DNA of 17,097 bases from Candidatus Rokuibacteriota bacterium (GTDB taxonomy: Bacteria > Methylomirabilota > Methylomirabilia > Rokubacteriales > DASRDR01), in contig JBIOTN010000099.1 of assembly GCA_044866005.1 (NCBI GenBank), positions 1 to 17,097 of the forward strand, read 5' to 3'. Position numbers and translations under genes: made by a program. This document shows, one piece after another, positions 14,951 through 17,097 of the stretch (position 1 is its first letter; every line of letters starts with the position of its first letter). The notes below the pieces were generated by a model. It was not told the DNA's origin and searched no databases. It worked only from the letters and a program-made list of their open reading frames with translations.

Positions 14951-15904
14951 TCAGCGGAATCTTATCCGGGGGTCGATCCAGGCATACGCCAGGTCGACCA
15001 GGAAGTTGACGAAGATGAAGACGAACGCGACCAGCAGCACGAGCGCCTGCGTCAGCGTGTAGTCGCGGTGGGCGACCGACTCCACGAAGAGCATGCCGAG
15101 CCCGTTCAGGTTGAAGACCTGCTCGGTGACGACCAGGCCGCCCATGAGGAAGGCGAACTCGAGCGCGATGACGGTGAGGACCGGCAGCATGGCGTTCTTG
15201 AGGGCGTGGCGGGAGAGGATCAGCTTCTGCCAGAGGCCCTTGGCGCGGGCCGTCCGGATGTAGTCCTCGCGGAGCACCTCGAGCATCGCCGACCGCGTCA
15301 TGCGCGTGGCGACGGCGGAGTAGCGGTAGCCGACGGCGAGGGCCGGCCAGACGAGCTGCAGGAGGTTCTGCCAGGGGTTCACCCAGAACGGCGTGTAGAC
15401 CATGGGCGGGAGCCAGTGGAAGACGATCAGCATCGCCAGGATGAACAGGATGCCGAGCCAGAAGGACGGCGTGGCGAGCCCCGCGATGGAGAAGATCCGC
15501 ACGGCGTAGTCGACCCAGGTGTCCTGCTTGAGCGCGGCCAGCACGCCCAGCGGGATGGCCAGGAGCACGGCGAAGAGGGTCGCCATGATGGCGAGCTGGA
15601 GGCTCAGGGCGAAGCGGAGGCGGATCTCCTCGCTGATGGGGGCGCCGGTCCACATGGAGACGCCGAAGTCGAGCCGCAGGAGGCCGCCCAGCCACTCCAC
15701 GAACTGCTTCCAGATCGGCCGGTCCAGCCCGAGCCGGACCCGCTCCTTGTCGAGCTGATCCTTCTGGGCGAAGGCGCTCTCGCCGGCGAAGCGGAGCTCC
15801 ACGATGTCCCCCGGGACGATGCGCATGAGGAAGAACACGAGCACCGCGACGCCGAGCAGCGTCGGGACCATGAGGAGCACGCGCTTGACGATGTACCTCG
15901 CCAC
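14951..15904 (-). CDS. Peptide/nickel ABC transporter permease, DppB-like
   Basis: YIVKR, PGD, LGLDRP, DFGVS, PSFWLG, EDYIRTARAKGL, HALKNA and DPRI motifs. Confidence 0.93.
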   Translation of the reverse strand: MARYIVKRVLLMVPTLLGVAVLVFFLMRIVPGDIVELRFAGESAFAQKDQLDKERVRLGLDRPIWKQFVEWLGGLLRLDFGVSMWTGAPISEEIRLRFALSLQLAIMATLFAVLLAIPLGVLAALKQDTWVDYAVRIFSIAGLATPSFWLGILFILAMLIVFHWLPPMVYTPFWVNPWQNLLQLVWPALAVGYRYSAVATRMTRSAMLEVLREDYIRTARAKGLWQKLILSRHALKNAMLPVLTVIALEFAFLMGGLVVTEQVFNLNGLGMLFVESVAHRDYTLTQALVLLVAFVFIFVNFLVDLAYAWIDPRIRFR

Positions 15905-15964
15905 AGCCCCTTATCCTGCTATGCCCGAGCTTCTCCGACCGAACCCGTCGGTCCGGGGCGTCGA

Positions 15965-16059
15965 CCCGGGGGGAGGCAGGCCCGATCCCTTCGCCGAAGG
16001 GCGAAGGGCGCGGCTTCGCCGCGAGGACCGTCGGAGGGGGCCGTCGAGGCCCCCTCCGA
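15965..16059 (-). repeat. Structured intergenic repeat, copy B
   Basis: Direct repeat of copy A. Hairpins on +: CCCTTCGCC-GAAG-GGCGAAGGG, CGCGGC-TTC-GCCGCG and TCGGAGGGGGCC-GTCGA-GGCCCCCTCCGA. Confidence 0.85.
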
Positions 16060-16065
16060 AGTGAC

Positions 16066-17097
16066 TCACTCCGCGAGCCACACCGTGTCGAGCTGGTTGT
16101 TCAGGTAGTGGCTCGGGGTGATCGTCCACCCCTTGACCTTCGCGCTGTGCGGGATGATCCGGTGCCACTGGAGCGTGTAGAGGTAGTGGGCCTCCTCGTC
16201 CAGGAGCCGCTTCTCGAACTCGCGGATGAACTTCTTCCGCTCCTCGGGGTCGCCCGCCTGGCTCTGCTTCCGGTAGAGGTCGTCGAGCGTCTTGTCCGTG
16301 TAGCGGCTGTAGTTCGCGTGGTTGAGGTCTTTCGACAGGAACTTGTAGATGTCGAGGTCGGGCTCCACGATGTAGCCGCACTGGAAGTCCATGGCGACCT
16401 CGTAGTCGCCGGCGCGGAGCGGGGTGAAGTAGGCGGCAGGCTCGATCACTTCCTGCCGGACGTTGAGCCCGACCTGGCGCCACTGGTCGATGAGCCAGAC
16501 GCCGAGGGGCTCGTAGGGCATCGGGATGCCGCGGTTCTTGAAGGTGAAGGAGAACCCGTCCGGCACCCCCGCCTCCCGGAGGAGCCGCCTGGCCTCGGCG
16601 CGCGACTTGCCGATGTCCCGCCAGTACCCGGCCAGCTTCTCCAGCTCGTTGGGCGGGGTGGCGTACGGGGTCCCGGGGACCTGGACGCCCGCGACCTCCT
16701 TGACGATCGCGATCTTCGACAGCGCCTGCGAGCCCTGGTAGCGGTCGAGGGCGAGGGTCAGCGCCCGGCGCACGCGCTTGTCGTCGAAGGGCTTCTTCTC
16801 GTGGTTCATGGCCACGAGGAGGGCGCAGTTCCAGGGGCTCTCCTGCACCGCGATCTTGTTGCCGAGCGCCTGCACGAGGCTGTCCCGCTCCGCGGGCGAG
16901 AAGCCGCGGAACTGGATCATGGCGCGCTCGCCCCGGATCGCCGCGACCTGGGCGGCCGAGTCGCGGACGAAGATGGCGCGGTAGCCGTCGAGGTAGGGCT
17001 TCCCCTTGTCCCAGTAGCTGGGGTTCTTCTTGCCGACCCAGTGGGAGCCCTTGACGTGCTCGACGAAGGTGAAGGGGCCCGTGCCCATGACGTTCTT
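16066..17097 (-). CDS. ABC transporter substrate-binding protein, family 5 (DppA/OppA-like); N-terminus outside the window
   Basis: GTGPF, NPSYW..GKPYLD, PFDDKRVRRAL...LDR, ARRLLREAG and C-terminal LDTVWL. The frame is open to the window edge. Confidence 0.92.
   Translation of the reverse strand, partial: KNVMGTGPFTFVEHVKGSHWVGKKNPSYWDKGKPYLDGYRAIFVRDSAAQVAAIRGERAMIQFRGFSPAERDSLVQALGNKIAVQESPWNCALLVAMNHEKKPFDDKRVRRALTLALDRYQGSQALSKIAIVKEVAGVQVPGTPYATPPNELEKLAGYWRDIGKSRAEARRLLREAGVPDGFSFTFKNRGIPMPYEPLGVWLIDQWRQVGLNVRQEVIEPAAYFTPLRAGDYEVAMDFQCGYIVEPDLDIYKFLSKDLNHANYSRYTDKTLDDLYRKQSQAGDPEERKKFIREFEKRLLDEEAHYLYTLQWHRIIPHSAKVKGWTITPSHYLNNQLDTVWLAE

Noticed and set aside
15965..16059. HDV-like ribozyme (minus strand has UCCUCGCGGC and GGCGAAGGG)
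   Set aside because: The bases before UCCUCGC (CGG) cannot form P3 with GGC, there is no P1 partner for the following strand, and copy A lacks the UCC. The nested hairpin model fits the substitutions better.
3644..16065. CRISPR array or IS/MITE interpretation of the repeats
   Set aside because: The copies are dispersed and not regularly spaced. There are no cas or transposase genes, and no terminal inverted repeats or target-site duplications are visible.

Overview
Very GC-rich bacterial window of ordinary chromosomal character. I found no phage, IS, CRISPR, tRNA or rRNA. Gene style resembles high-GC soil lineages such as Ca. Rokubacteria (inference only). Plus strand, in order: a 5'-truncated BNR/Asp-box sialidase-fold protein, a bifunctional rhamnulose-1-P aldolase/SDR (RhaD/YuxG type), an LLM-class oxidoreductase, an FNR-like reductase, a PaoABC/YagTSR-type molybdo-flavoenzyme operon, a 64-aa membrane peptide, and a FmdB zinc-ribbon / CelD-like GNAT / MshA-like glycosyltransferase cluster. 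Minus strand: an RDD protein and a Dpp/Opp-type ABC transporter (partial SBP plus two permeases). The most notable signals are non-coding or small. (1) A structured intergenic repeat occurs three times (3649-3759, 14828-14944, 15965-16059), always just after a stop codon in the sense orientation; its substitutions preserve a multi-hairpin fold containing a GCGAAGC mini-hairpin. (2) Two candidate sigma54 promoters each have a GCGACA-ending dyad about 130 bp upstream; one precedes the small membrane protein and one precedes paoABC. (3) An MshA-like GT is translationally coupled to a GNAT, with no mshB/mshC in the window.
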